A DNA stretch of 64,000 nt from the human T2T-CHM13v2.0 reference genome, Homo sapiens: the NCBI RefSeq assembly GCF_009914755.1, contig NC_060925.1, one strand, 5' to 3'. Positions within the stretch are counted from its first letter, which is position 1. Every line of letters begins with the position of its first letter. Below the pieces are notes generated by a model. The model saw nothing but the letters and a program-made list of their open reading frames with translations. It searched no databases and had not been told where the DNA came from. This document shows, in pieces, positions 1-13,835 of the stretch. A program made the translations under genes and the position numbers.

Positions 1-349
1 GAGTTGTTTACTTTCTGTTTTGGGGACTTTTCAGCTATAGTTATTGTTTTTTAACTTAGTTTCATTGTAGTCTTAAAGCAGACGTTGTTTGATTTCTAGT
101 TTTTTTTAATTTGTTAAAGTGTGTTTTATGGCCCAGAATGTGGTCTATTTTGGTGAATGCTTCATATAAACTTGAGAAGAATGTATACTCTAATACTTTT
201 GTCTGAAATAGTCTACAGATGTTCATTATACCTATGGTATTTTTGAGCTCAACTATGTCCTTTCTGATTTTCTGTCTGCTGGGTCTATTTCTCATAAGTA
301 GATGTCAAAGTCTCCAGCTATAATATTGGATTCACCTGTTTCTTTTTTA
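1..349 (-). mobile_element. Old LINE-1 (L1M-type) ORF2 endonuclease fragment, degenerate
   Basis: Minus-strand translation RPSRQKIRKDIVELKNT...EYTFFSSLYEAFTKIDHILGHKTHFNK and upstream ESNIIAGDF resemble L1 ORF2p endonuclease motifs (IIVGDFN; YTFFS..H...SKIDHILGHK). Confidence 0.92.
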
Positions 350-489
350 ATGGAGGATAAAAAATATAATTTAATATAATAATTATAGTTATGCTTAGAG
401 AGATAAGAAACAATATTTTGGAAAATTTCTAAGTTATAAAAACATATTCAATAGTCTTAATATATGGGAAAATACATATTATTATGTAT

Positions 490-808
490 GTGTATCTATG
501 TTGAAAATAGAATGGACACAGCTGAAGATAGTAAGCTATTAATAGAAGACTAAGAAAGGTAAATTTCACAGAAATAAATGAATAAGAGTATATGCAGGAT
601 TTATATAAAACATGCAAGATAATAATAGCCATCTTGAAGGGATTCCAGGTTACTCCCTAAAAGAACAGAGAGAAGTGAGTAAATAGTCAAACAATCAAAT
701 GCATGAGTCTAAAGTCTGAAATGAACAGCTGAGAACTGAACAAGATTAATAAAAACAGACTCAAATTTAGATACATGTGAATGACATTTAAGAATTGCAA
801 GATAAGAT
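490..808 (+). mobile_element. Very old L1 ORF1-like / HAL1-like fragment
   Basis: A-rich. Translates in pieces as ENRMDTAEDSKLLIED and ELNKINKNRLKFRY, resembling L1 ORF1p segments (NSRLDTAEERISELED; NRINKKRPTPRHII). Confidence 0.5.
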
Positions 809-823
809 AGATTTGTTAATTTT

Positions 824-1185
824 TCTTTCAACTTTTATTTTAGGTTCGGGGGTATATGTGCAGGTTTGTCACATGAATAAGTTGCATGATGCTGAGGTTT
901 GGGGTACAAATAATCCTGTCACCAGAGTGTGAGGACGGTACTTGATAGGTAGTTTTTCCACCCTTTCCCCACTTCCACTCTACCCACTGTGGTAGTCCCC
1001 AGTGACTATTGTTCCCTTCTTATGTCCAGATGTAGTCAATGTTTAGTTCCCTCTTATAAGTGAGAACGTGCAGTATTTGGTATTCTGTTCCTGCATTAAT
1101 TCACCGAGGATAATGGCCTCCAGCTACATCCATGTTGCTGCAAAGGACATGATTTCGTTCTTTTTGATGTCTGCCTAGTATTCCA
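824..1185 (-). mobile_element. L1PA/L1PB 3' end (5'-truncated)
   Basis: Antisense L1 3' UTR (ttttattttaggttc...tgtgcaggtttgt; cttataagtgagaac; catccatgttgctgcaaaggacatgatttc). Degenerate TSD agatttgttaatttt 809-823 / agattcatcagttct 1186-1200. Confidence 0.9.
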
Positions 1186-1840
1186 AGATTCATCAGTTCT
1201 ATAAGTTTTTGCTTCACTTACTTAGATGCTTTCTCGTAAAGTTTCATCGTTAGGCCTTCTTGGGAATTGATCCCTTTTTATCATTGTGCAATGCTCCTCT
1301 TTTTTCCCTGATAACTTTTCTTGCTCTGAGGTCTACTCTGTCTGAAATTAATATGACTACACCTGGTTTCTTTTGATTAGCATTAGCTGTTGTTTTCTAT
1401 GTGTTGCCCAAGTTCATTGTTCTTATTTTTATTTTTCCTTTTTCTACTTTCAGTCATTTTAATTGAACATTCTATGTGATTTCATTTTCTCTCCTTTCTT
1501 AGTATATCAGTTTTACTCCTTTTCTATTTTTATTTTTTAGTGGTCGCCTTAAAGTGTGCAATACATTTACAGCTAACTCAGGTCCACGTTCAATTAACAC
1601 TATACCACTTTGTGGTGATATAAGTACCTTAGAATAGCAAAGTATTCCAAATTCCTCCCTCCTGTCCCCTATATCATTGCTGTCATTTATTTGACTTATA
1701 CATTAGCTGTAATTATTAATACGTCGTTACAATTAACATTTTGAACAAAATGTTATGTGTTAGATTACTTAAAAATACAAAAATAGAAGTTTTGATTTTA
1801 CCTTTATTTATTCTTTTTCTAACGCTTTTCCTTTTTATTC
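1186..1840 (-). mobile_element. Old L1M: ORF2 N-terminus and inter-ORF region, continuing the 1-349 element
   Basis: Minus translation ANANQKKPGVVILISDRVDL matches L1 endonuclease ANGNQKKAGVAILISDKIDF. It is followed by T-rich L1M-type sequence. Confidence 0.8.
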
Positions 1841-3429
1841 CTAATGGTTTTTTGTTTGTTTTTGTTTCTTTATATTTTTAGTGACTGAATTAACTTATTA
1901 GCAACAAGGCTAATGGAAATCACTTGAGCCTCTCTAAGTCTTTCTCCTCCCTTGACACATTTGGAGGACTGAGGGAACTAAGTGATTTCTAATGTCTTTC
2001 CAGCTCTATTTTTCAGTGATTTTAGTTTAGGCTTTTTAGTTCTTTCATTTCTTACAAGATTTGCATACCAAATTGTTAATTAAAAACAATCCACATTTTA
2101 TCCTATAGTTGTCTAGAATGTTCATTGTCTTCTCAGTTCTCTTGCTTTTTTTCCAATTTGCCATCTGCCAGTTTGCTGACTTGGCAATATTTCCACTATC
2201 CATGTGCCAGCTTTGCAACCTCTCAGCAAGGCTCGCAGCTCCTTCTGCACGATTTGAGGGTCTTGGCATAAATAGGACCAGGAAGGCAGAGGGAAGCCTT
2301 CCAACCACTGCAGTGCAATTGCTCCCCTATAAAAGCCAAGCAGTTCAGGTCCAGCATCCTCAGGCCGTGATTGTAGATAAACTCTCTGTGATTTCATTGA
2401 GGAGTATTTGTATAGATCAGCTGAAATTCATGGAGATGGAAAACATTATAAAACCCGGTTATGTGACTTCTTGAAGTTACATTGTGAGTTATGAAGGCTG
2501 CATTCTTTTAAATGGGTTTTGGAATTTAGTTGTGATGAACATTTGAGGATTTAGAAATAGAAAAATAAATTGTGTAAACCCTTCGCTTTCTGTCTGCATG
2601 CGTGAAGACCACATAGATAGCTTGTTTGCTTCTGCTACAGTCTCATTGACTTCTCTGCCCTCGTCAGTCTTCCTCTCCATGTTTTCCCCACTTATCTTTC
2701 TTACTTCAGTGCAGAATTTCTTTCTTTATTTTAATGTCTATCTAGTTTTTTATTATTTCTATCAGTGCTTTATAGATTTCTCAGCTTAGTTTTGCCTTGG
2801 ACAACTTCTTCTCTATTCACAGGTATCAGCTGGGATTGACAAGGGTTAGTTTCTTCGTGGAAAAAAAAAATGGGAGCTAAACTGACTGATGGAAGCAGCT
2901 GCCACTAATAGACTTTGGTTTTTGTTTTAATCTTCATGGAAGGGTTTAGTTTGCAAATTCTTCCTGCTTGGATATTTAGGAGCCTTTCCTAAGGAAGGGA
3001 CCAGAATTATTTTCTTTATGTAAAATTTTATATGTGTTTAAAATTCTGTCCTCTGTGTGTGTATATGTGTAGTACATATGGGTATAACTGGCCTTAGGAA
3101 ATAGGTTCAAGTGCTTACACAATATTGATCAGTCTAATATTTTAAACATATTATCTCAAGTTATTTGTTTGAGTATAGTATACTTTGAAGGGTTCCTCAG
3201 CTTCACTTTTAACCTATTTTTTATTTCTATTTCCTCTACAGTAGCATTATCCTATAGTTATCCTGATATCCATTTAATTTCAGAAGGACTGGATATTACT
3301 TTAGTCAAGATGCAGTCTGATTTAATTTTATTTTTAAAACAAACAGCACTCCCCCTCTCAGCTTTGTATAATTCATTTTATTAATATTTTGTATCCACCA
3401 TGCTAGATTACTGTGAGGCAAAAGCAAAT

Positions 3430-3625
3430 AATAATAATTACCTATACTTACAATGTGCTGTGTGCCAGGCACCATTCTAAACATTCCATGTGTATTTCCT
3501 CATTTAACCCTCACAACATTACTATGAGATAGATATTGTTATGATTCCCATCTTATAGATAAGGAAGCTGAGACCGAGAGAGGGTAAGTCATTTGCCCAG
3601 GGGTCACACAGCTAATTAGCAGTAG
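3430..3625 (-). mobile_element. MIR SINE
   Basis: tgtgccaggcacc...ctcatttaaccctcacaac...gataaggaagctgag...gtcacacagcta is the antisense MIR core. Confidence 0.85.
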
Positions 3626-3899
3626 GAGAGGAGTCTGGTGGTACAGCTCGTAAATCTGTTTAGCTTCTAAACGGCTTCTGTACTAGTCTGAGATGAGCCT
3701 TACCTAAGCAGCTCAGGCAGGGACAGAGCCTTGTGATCATTGTTATAACAGAGAGGTGCTCAGAGGTCACTGGGCTCAGAGGAATGCCGCATCTCACACC
3801 GCAGGGTGCCGAGGGCAGGCGGGCCTTCCACAGCGAGGCATGCTGCTGCAGGGTGTCATATGCACAGCAAATGAGATGACGCCGTAGTGTCACCCGGCT

Positions 3900-4770
3900 T
3901 TGGGGAATCATGTGCATAGTGGAAGTCAGGGTAAGGACCAAGTGAACAGAGAGTGAAGGAGGGAAGTTTGGTGAGAAATACCAGGTCATGGAAAATCCTG
4001 TAGCGAAAACCAAAGTTTGAGGTTACAGGGAGCCACTGAAGGACATTGTGCAAGCAAACTCAATGATAAATTTATATATTAGGAAGACCACTCTGGCTTC
4101 CACATAGAAACATTTGTCAGAGGGGCCAGACAAGAGTCAGGAAGACTAATCAGTGGGTGATTATAATAAACCAGGTGGTGCATGAGAAAAAAATTCAAAT
4201 CTAAGCTCTTGCCCATAATTTTGGTTTTCATAAATAGGTGAATGATACCAACTCAGACAGGATGCAGGAAGGCCAAGTTGGAAAGGAAAGATGGTAAGTT
4301 TAATTTTAGATTTCTGAAGTCTGCAATGCCAGAGTCATCTCATCATGGTATCCACCTGGTGGCTGAAGAGCCATGTCTGGAACTCAGAAGATGTCTGATA
4401 TGAAAGAAACAGTTTCTCCTTGAGGTTAGCTCTGGATTCAGGGAGTTTGGTTAAAGCCACCTGCATATGGACTGAGGAGCCCCCAGGGCAGAGGATGAAG
4501 CCTTGGCTTCATCCTCTTGGCAGTAAGGATGAAGCAGAAGCCGTGTAGAAGCTTGAAAGAAGCCAGCCTGGAGGGAAGAAGCCAAGACATCAGGTCTTAG
4601 AAGCCGAAACAAGAACTCCCAGTGGCAGGAAAGATCAATAACCTGGATTCTTGAGAGAGGTAAAATGAGGATAGAAAAAGTATCATGAGACTCGGCAATT
4701 CAAAGGTCCTTGCGACATTAGGATAGTTCAGTAAAGTGAAACAGGCAGACCCAGATTGCAATGTGATCGT
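3900..4770 (-). mobile_element. L2 LINE fragment
   Basis: Purine-rich antisense L2 motifs (gggagccactgaagg; aggaagaccactctggct; gcagacccagattgca). Boundaries approximate. Confidence 0.6.
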
Positions 4771-5028
4771 GCTGGCCCATGCTGAGGGGAAGCGGGAACA
4801 GCTACCTCACACTCCTCTGTTAATGAGAATAAGCGTGAGAATCACCACAACTAAGTTTAAATTACAGCCCTGTCATTTACAAGTTGTCCGATCTTAGGCA
4901 AGTGTCTTAACATAGCTTGCCTGCAATTTTCTAATATGTAAAGTTAATTTTATTTATCTCAATTCATATTTGGGAATTAAATGTAAAAAGATTACATATA
5001 TATTTAAAGTACACTGTAATTCTTACAG

Positions 5029-5062
5029 TTGTTATTTCACTGTAATTGTTATTTCACTGTAA
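5029..5062. repeat. Perfect 17-bp tandem duplication (ttgttatttcactgtaa)x2
   Basis: Read directly from the sequence. Confidence 0.9.
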
Positions 5063-5085
5063 TTCTAAGGTTAAATGGTTAAGCA

Positions 5086-5375
5086 GGCCAAGTGCAGTGG
5101 CTCACACCTGTAGTCTCAGCACTTTGGGAGGCCAAGGCAGGAGGATTGTTTGAGGCTCGGAAAAGACTAGCCTGGGCAACATAAAGAGATTCCTCTCTAC
5201 AACAATTTTTTTTTAATTATTTGGGCATGGTGGCATGCATCTGTAGTACTAGCTACTTGGGAGTCTGAAGAGGGAGGATCACTTGAGCCCAGGAGTTTGA
5301 GGCTCTAGTGAGTCATGATCACACTACTGCACTCCAGCCTGCCTGGTAGAGTGAGACCCCCCAACTCAAAATAAT
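5086..5375 (+). mobile_element. Alu (AluJ-like)
   Basis: Dimeric Alu with the J-type gggaggatcacttgagcccaggag right arm. Confidence 0.93.
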
Positions 5376-5570
5376 ACCACAAGACAAAACGAAAAAATAG
5401 TTTTGTTTTTCTTCCCCTGAATCTCATGTAGAGCAAATATTTTAATATTGAGAAAGCAGACAACCACCAACCTTCAGCAATTAGATTTTTTTTGCATGTT
5501 GTATTTAGATTTTCATACCATTTCATATGATAGCCAGGTTTCCTTCCAGTGTCTTCTAAGGCCTACGTTA

Positions 5571-6014
<444 letters not shown>

Positions 6015-6039
6015 TTAATTCTTTGAAAGGATATTTAAT

Positions 6040-6462
6040 GTGTATTAGTTATAGTAATTCTAACTATTATATAACTTACAAACTCTAAAATCCCAGTGGA
6101 TTAAAACAGCATTATCTTATATTTCGCTTGTGTAAGAGTCCACTTGGGGTCTTCCTGGTCAGGCGTCTTTTCTCTGAGTGATTTGAGGACCATTCCATCC
6201 TTTGGCTTCACCATGTTCAAATGTGGTCTCCAAGGTCACACTAAAGGTGTCTTCGTTGCACCCATTCAGAAGAGAAAAGAGCATGTGAGATGTGGTCATT
6301 GGAGGGTACTAGACCAGGTTTGAAGTGATGCATATTACGTCTGTCATGTCTCACTGGCCAGTGCTCAAATTATGCCTAATTACAAAGGAGACTGGAAAAT
6401 GTCATCTAGTTGTATACTCTGGAGGAAGAAAAATTAATTTGGCGAAGATTAAGCAGTCTCTG
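6040..6462 (-). mobile_element. Old MaLR LTR (MLT1K/L-like)
   Basis: tgtattagtt start; aaatcccagtggattaaaacagc; cactggccag...aattacaaaggagactggaaaatgtcatct. Confidence 0.6.
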
Positions 6463-6523
6463 AACAATAAATAAGCAATATGAAACAGGAATATACTTCT
6501 ACCATCATTAAGCAGAACACCAC

Positions 6524-6953
6524 TGTCTCAGTGCATTTTGCATTGCTATAAAGGCGTGCCTGAGACTGGGTAATGTATAAAGAAGAAAGGCATATTTGGC
6601 TCACAGTTCTGCAGGCTATACAAGAAGTGTGGCACCAACATCTGCTTCTGATGAGGGCCTCAGGCTGCTTCCACTCATGGAGGAAGGTGAAGGGGAGCTG
6701 GCATGTGCAGAGATCACATGGAAAGAGAGGAAGCAAGAGAGAGAGTGGGGAGGTGCCAGGCTCCTGTTAGCAACCAGCTCCCTCAGGAACTAAGAGCGAA
6801 CTTACTCACCATCCCCAACTTCAGGTAGGGCAATAATGTATTCATGAGGGGTCCACCCCTATGACCCAACCACCTCCCATTAGGCCCCACCTCCAACACT
6901 GGGGATCAAATTTCAACATGAGGGTTGGAAAGACAAACATCCAAACTTTAGCA
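6524..6953 (-). mobile_element. MaLR solo LTR (MSTB-like)
   Basis: TG...CA termini; ggctcacagttctgcaggct; cttccactcatgg; cccattaggccccacctccaacact; near-TSD accac/accgc. Confidence 0.88.
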
Positions 6954-7043
6954 ACCGCTTTCCCAGCCACACTGGATAAGTGTGGAGTTAGCTCAGTTTT
7001 GCAGATTCCTCATTAGTCTTTTGAAGAATAGTTAAGATCAGAG

Positions 7044-7424
7044 ACCTGGATGTGAGACATGGAGTGAAAGGAGATCATTTTGGAGCTTTAAGATTTGACT
7101 ACCCCACTGGATTTCAGACTTGCATGGGGCCTGTAGCCCCCGTTTGGCGAATTTCTACCATTTGTAACCCGTGTATTTACTCAATACCTGTACCCTAGGT
7201 GTATTTACTCAATGCCCGTACCCATTGGATCTAGGAAGTAACTAACTTGCTTTTGATTTTACGGGCTCATAGGCAGAAGGAACTTGTCTTGTCTCACATG
7301 AGACTTTGGACTGTGGACTTTCGGGTTAATGCAGAAATGAGCTAAGATTTAGGGGCACAGTTGGAAAGGCATGATTGGTTTTAAAATGTGAGGACATGAG
7401 ATTTGGGAGGGACCAGGGTAAGAA
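7044..7424 (+). mobile_element. THE1 internal sequence (3' part only)
   Basis: acctggatgtgagacatggagt..aaaggagatcattttggagcttt...gagactttggactgtggacttt, ending in a purine tract before the LTR. Contains a 28-bp-period tandem duplication at 7171-7223. Confidence 0.88.
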
Positions 7425-7780
7425 TGATAGGGTTTGGCTGTGTCGCCACCAAATTCTCACCTTGAATTGTAGTAATACCCACACGTCAAGAGTAGGACCA
7501 GGTGGAAATAATTTAATCATGGGGGAAGTTTCCCCCAAACTGTTTTCATGGTAGTGAATAAATCTCATGAGATCTGATGGTTTTATAAAGGGGAGTTCCC
7601 CTGCACAAGCTCTCTTGCCTGCCACCATGTAAGACATGACTTTGCTCCTCACTCACCTTCCACCATGATTGTGAGGCCTCCCCAGCCATGTAGAACTGTG
7701 AGTCAATTAAACCTCTTTTCTTTATAAATTACCCAGTCTTGGGTATGTCTTTATTAGCCACATAAGAACAGACCACTACA
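7425..7780 (+). mobile_element. THE1B-like 3' LTR
   Basis: tgata.ggtttggctgtgtc...gatctgatggttttataaaggggagttcccctgc...aattacccagtcttgggtatgtctttattagc...taca. Confidence 0.92.
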
Positions 7781-8220
7781 ATCAGTTTCCCCTGTCTAGC
7801 CTGGCAATTGTGGAAACCTAGGCAGAGAATCACAAAGCTGTTAGCAGATCTAAAATTTGAAGAAAAGCTCCCTGACCTCTTTTACAGAATATTAGTTCCT
7901 AAACCTCATTAACTTCCTGGAGCACAAATGTGATAGAGCAAGGACTGTGCTTGGGCCTCAAAATATAGCTTTGTGGACATCAGAGTCAATGGCAGGATAA
8001 AGTCTCATCTACTCCATAATGTAAAACATGTATAAGTTTGTGAAAAGTACTGTTAAAATGAAAAAGCATGATAAAATTTATCCACAGAAAAACAAGAGAG
8101 ATTTTATTTTGTTTTTTGTTTTTTTCTGGTAAAATATCACCAAAAAATAGGAAAATATCTGTAGGAGTCGCTCCTGGAGAAAAAAAAAAAAAAACACACA
8201 AAACTAGCATGTCCCACAGC

Positions 8221-8534
8221 TTTTCTTTATTTTTGTTTATTCATTTATTTTTGAGACAGGGTCTCTCACTGTTGCCCATGCTGGAGTGCTGTGATGCAGT
8301 CTCGGCTCACTGCAACCTCTGCCTCCCAGGTTCAAGCAATTCTCCTGCCTCAGGCACCTGAGTAGCTGGGATTACAGGCATGCACCACCACATCCAACTG
8401 ATTTTTGTATTTTTAGTAGAGACAGGGTTTCACCATGTTGGCCAGCCTTGTCTCGAACTCCTGGCTTCAAGCAATCCAACCTTCTTGGCCTCCCAAAGTC
8501 CTGGGACTACAGGCGTGAACCACCATGCCCAGCC
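8221..8534 (-). mobile_element. Alu (old S/Jb-like)
   Basis: Antisense Alu dimer with a T-rich tail. Confidence 0.95.
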
Positions 8535-10925
8535 AGTAAACATTTCTTTAAAAGGGGCATGTTGAGCAATTTCAGTAATACCATGAAAGGATCTGCTAAG
8601 CAGGGAGACTTGGGAAGAGTGAGTTGGTAGGATTGTGGCTACCTCTTTAGTGGCTGTAGAAATGTTACTACAGGCATTTCTGTTTTTCTAATCAGTTTTA
8701 TTTTCTGATGTGTGAGGCAAGGATACATTTTCCCTGCCATCCTAAGACTGGCTTTGCCTTGGGAGATCACAAACCAATCAGAGGGCTCAGTATAATCTCT
8801 GCCAGCTCAGAGAGCTTGAGAAAAAAGAAAAGAAAAGAAAGAAAAGGGTTGGTGATATTTCATTAGGCACATAGGCACAGACACTGAGATGGGTAAGAAA
8901 GGAGGAAGCAGATCCTCAACGAGTTGTATAAAGAGATGGGCTTGAAAGTCTATGGATTCAGCTGTGAACATGAGACAGCAATGGGGGCATGTGGCTACCA
9001 GAAACACAGTGGGTAGATTGGCAGATACAAGACCTACAATAGTGGGTGCATGTGTCTGTAAATATACGTATTCAGTCTTATCAATCCTGCTTCAAATACT
9101 GGTTTAGAAAAGAAGAAGACAGAGAAGAGTTCATTGAGAAGGAGACGCATTTGGACAGGTCAAGCTGCGGAATTGGTTTCCTCATTACCCTGCAGTGTGT
9201 CTCATTGCTGCTGTGGTCCAAGCTCTGGGTGTCTTCCAGGCTCTCTCTGAGCACCTTGGCCACTGGGGCATCAAGGCTAGTCCTCTTCCTTCCTTTGCCC
9301 TTTCTTCCTTTCTGACTTTCACTGCCAGGATCATGGAGGGAGAAGAACTCTGCTTTTTGTTGATGGTTGTTGAGTACTTATTATATGCCTGTCATTGCAC
9401 CAGACACCAGGGAGCAGTGATGGACAAGACATGAAGATCTCACAGATCTCTGAAATCTCTGTGATCTCTCAGACTGACAGCTTGCAGTCTGATCATCAGA
9501 AGCATCTAAGGTACAGAATTACTGTTCATCCCTTAGTCAAAGAGAGCTGGTTTGCCAGGCTCTGGGTGAGGTCTTGGGGTTGACAGAGAAAAAAAGTCAC
9601 TTGCTCTCACATAGATCCAAGTCAAAACAAACCCTGAGCAACTTTCAATATGAACATGCATTTTAATGTAGACAAATAGATGAAATCATTTTGAGAGTTC
9701 TTTCCCATCTTCAAAAACCTATATAGAGGATGACTTCCAAATTCTTTGTTCTTCTCATTTATAGAAGTTTGTTAAAAGTAAAATGTGTTCAAATGAAGTT
9801 ATAGGACCTTAGGACTTGAATGAATTTTTAAATTGGTAAAGTTCAAAGTACCTGGTTCTTGCCAAGATCATTGAAATAATGGACCACAGAATCAAGCTTA
9901 AAATTTAAGCCCTGGACCCCAGGCTTGAGGTTTGTTCATCAAATTATGTTGTCTTCAATAAATTACGACATGCCTGAGTGACACATGTGTGATTTGCATT
10001 TTATGGCAAGACCTTCGCCTTTGTTTGTGGCCTAGTTACAGATGCTGTGAAATAGAAAATGATCATCTTTTATAACACAAGTATCAATAGGAAGCCAAAT
10101 CCTAAACTTCCTGGCAGTCCTTTGATGCTAGATGGAGAGTTTGACTTTGCCTCAGTTATTTTTCCAGTGACACTACAGTGTACTTTAAGCATTTCTCAGT
10201 ATTTGTCACACACTTGGACTTTTCCCAGTGTTAGAAAGATACGAATTATTGAACATCAGTAAATCACTGCTGTCTTTTGGTTTGGCCTTTTAAAATGAGT
10301 AGCCATTCTAAAAGGTGTTGTATTGTAACACTGATTTCATCATTCTCCAGGGAATACTTCAGGATTTTTCATTTAATGTAGTTTTACCTTTTCTTCCAAG
10401 AGTGACAATTTAGTGTGCTGCTGGGAGCATGATGAAATAAAATCACAATAACCATGTTGTCATTCCTGGGTTAAGTTGTCAGGGAGGGTCTCAGCAAGAC
10501 CAGTGGGCCTACCTTTGAAGGGAACCATGCTTTGATTCTTTATCCAGTTACCACACTTCTAGAAAAGAGTGAGAGGGAGCCTGTCAGCATTAGGGACTTT
10601 TTAAAAACTGATGATAAACAATAAGACCACAAATTTGAGAAAAGTGATTTCTAATAATGTTCTAATTTTTTTGTAACTGCTCAGGCAGAGAAGAATTAAA
10701 TATATCAGATGAGGAGTCATAGAATGGAATTGCTGTAGATGCTCTTTTCTTCTTTTCCTCTTGAGCTTTTAAGCATGAAAACATTTCACCTGCTAGGATT
10801 AAGCAGACCACTGTGAATGGTGGGATATTGTCAATTTTCTCAGTTTTCTGAGGCATTTAGGAAATTCTGACTTTATCACAACTTATTCTGTTAGAAATAG
10901 GCAAACATGAACTTGTCAGAAATGA

Positions 10926-11240
<315 letters not shown>

Positions 11241-13835
11241 TAAATTACCCACTTTAAATAGTTTAGATCTGAGAGTTTTTATTTTCTTCACAGAAAATAA
11301 TTTTGAGTAGAGAGTATAGAGATTAAATAAAATAAATGATATATCAGCTATTAGCTCTAACATGTCTGGAGACAGTACAGAGATCACAGTGAAATAAATG
11401 AGATGTGGTTTTTTCTAATGATGACATGCACGTGGTTACAGAAAAAACCTTCACAAGTTTAACAAACACCTTAGTTAGAGTTACCTTTTGCTTTGCCTCT
11501 CCCACTTATTAATTCGTTTGTTGTTTTTTTTTTTTTTTTGTCTTTTTTCCCTGAGGTGACCTATTATTTGGGTTAGATGATTTACTGTATATCATTGTAT
11601 AACTCAAATGGATGATTCAGTAACATTCAAGATTTCAGCCATTAGAGCAAGATGAATGGTAACCAGGAAACTGTTACATGCGTCCTGCATTTTGTTTTAG
11701 CTTCTGTCAGTTGGGTACTTTCTACATAATCTCTCTGTGTTTTTATTTTCTCACCACTAAAATGTGGGAATTGAGCTATACAAATTCGGTGGCTTATTTC
11801 AGATCTAACTCCACGCTTTTAATTACCATCTTCTTAACAAGCAGTAGTGTTTCTGTTTATTAATTTACAAGTTTTATAACACATGAAACCACTTCAGATA
11901 TTAAGTAATTTATTTTACATTGATATATCTCCATCCAACCATTTCTCTGTTCTGTTACTTATTTTCAAGATGTTTCCAATCCTATCAATAAATTTAATAG
12001 TCTTTTAAAAAGCAGAATAGCCATTATGTTGGTCACTTAACAGTATTTAGTTTGATATCGTATCTCTGTAAATATCTGATATTGGATAATTTCCAAAAAT
12101 ACTTACACCATGATCCACACGTGAGAATAGATCATTAATCCATTAATTAGCTCACACTGGTGAACTAACCAATCTTTATGATATTGTAGTATTGGTTATT
12201 CTTAAGAGGACAGAATTATCCTTAATAAATATTTTACTTTTTATGTGAAAAACAATGTATTTTTTTTAACTGAAAGAAAATAGCTTCTCTGGTGTTAACT
12301 TACCTAAACTCCTTTGAATGATTTGCCAAGTGACATTTTGAAAATGAACTGACATAAGAAGTAGGTGGGGGATGATGGATATTTTTATTGATGATATGTA
12401 AGTAATTTTACTAACCAAGGTGGATTTAAAGGATATTTTAATTGACGATCCTTAAAGGTTGTTTTTCTCAAGATCTTCCAAGAAAATGTAAGCCTCTGAC
12501 TAATGTAACTCTTAAGTTTTGCTCAGCAATTGCATTGAGAGTGACTTGGACAATTAATTACCCATTTCAACCCCTTATGCCAGGGGTTAGCACCTCAGTG
12601 TCTCTGAGGAAGTTTTCTGATTATCTTTTGTGAAGCAGATTTCCTCCACTGTGTGGAAGTTGGCTCTCTTTCAGTCCTTGTAAACTGTCCAAATACATGT
12701 CCGTTAAAGACAGACAAGAACAACTCCCCATTTCAGAATAAAGATGAAACCTTTTCTCCATTTCTATATTTGTTTCCATCTTCCTATAAAGAACTTTATT
12801 GATCTATGATAATGTAATTCTTAATGGATGTACTGTCACCTCAAAATTAGGAAAGCATTGAAAAGATTCATAATTTTTACTGGAAGTTGATCATCCTTGT
12901 GTTCACATAAATAGTGGATTGTTTTTTCCAGATTTAGAGAGATCATGTTTTGAAATAAAATTGAAATTTTGTTCATTTTACCTAGCTGGCAGCACACTGG
13001 ACCTGACCAATTCATCTTAGTCTGAGCTTAGTATAAATAAACTATCATTTCCACAAGGATAAGGGTGTAAGGGGACTTTATGCTGATATTTTTATATTGA
13101 CTGTGTTCAGTGACATTTACATTCTGGCTTGGGGAACACTTTTCTTGGAGTCTTTTGGCTGAGCATTTTTTTAAGTTCATCAAAGAAATACAAAATGCTG
13201 AAACTCCTGTTGCTATTATAGTTTATTCTACGACATTACTATGACTTCTGTGAACAAATATATATTAAATACATACCTAGATGGGGTCTTGTCTTCCTAG
13301 AAGAGCATCCAAGGTTGCACTTCTATGTAGGTACTGGAGTTTTTATATTTTCCTTCTGTCATGGTACTCCCGTCTTTTCCATTAGAGCTCAAGAAAGAAA
13401 ATAGAATAATGATGAAGTGTAATGGAGGGCAGTCACAGAGAAAAAAGAAGTGGAAAACAAAGATTTTTATCTGTAAATCAATGGGGACAGAAAAAAATCA
13501 CAGCATATTTTAAGAAATTGAAATCACACAAGAGGAACGTATACCACCAAAGGTCTTATCATAGTTATATGCCAACTATCATTGGCATCGTTTCAGTGTA
13601 ACTTATCACCTGTCTCATAAATAATGAATGGGAACTGAAAATCAGTTGGGTAGGCTTCATGGACATTTTGGTGCAATTAAGTATATGCTTAGGCTCTCGT
13701 GGGTGTATACTTAATGCACATGGCCGTGGTCAGAGCATTTGGCTGATCAGCGTCTCGGAGGCATTCTCTCTGTTGTAGGAAAGGCCAGTTCCCAGAACTC
13801 CTTCTTGGCATCCACCAAGTCACACTGCAAGACCT

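Noticed and set aside
62-295. 77-aa ORF with endonuclease-like motifs
   Set aside because: It is a decayed L1 ORF2 fragment, not a host gene.
2045-2474. Overlapping 87-121 aa ORFs, one with a hydrophobic signal-peptide-like N-terminus
   Set aside because: The longest has a non-ATG (TTG) start, no recognisable domain and no supported exon structure; consistent with chance.
7677-7689. PRDM9 hotspot motif in THE1B
   Set aside because: The sequence is CCTCCCCAGCCAT, lacking the T7 and final C of CCNCCNTNNCCNC; this is the non-hotspot form.
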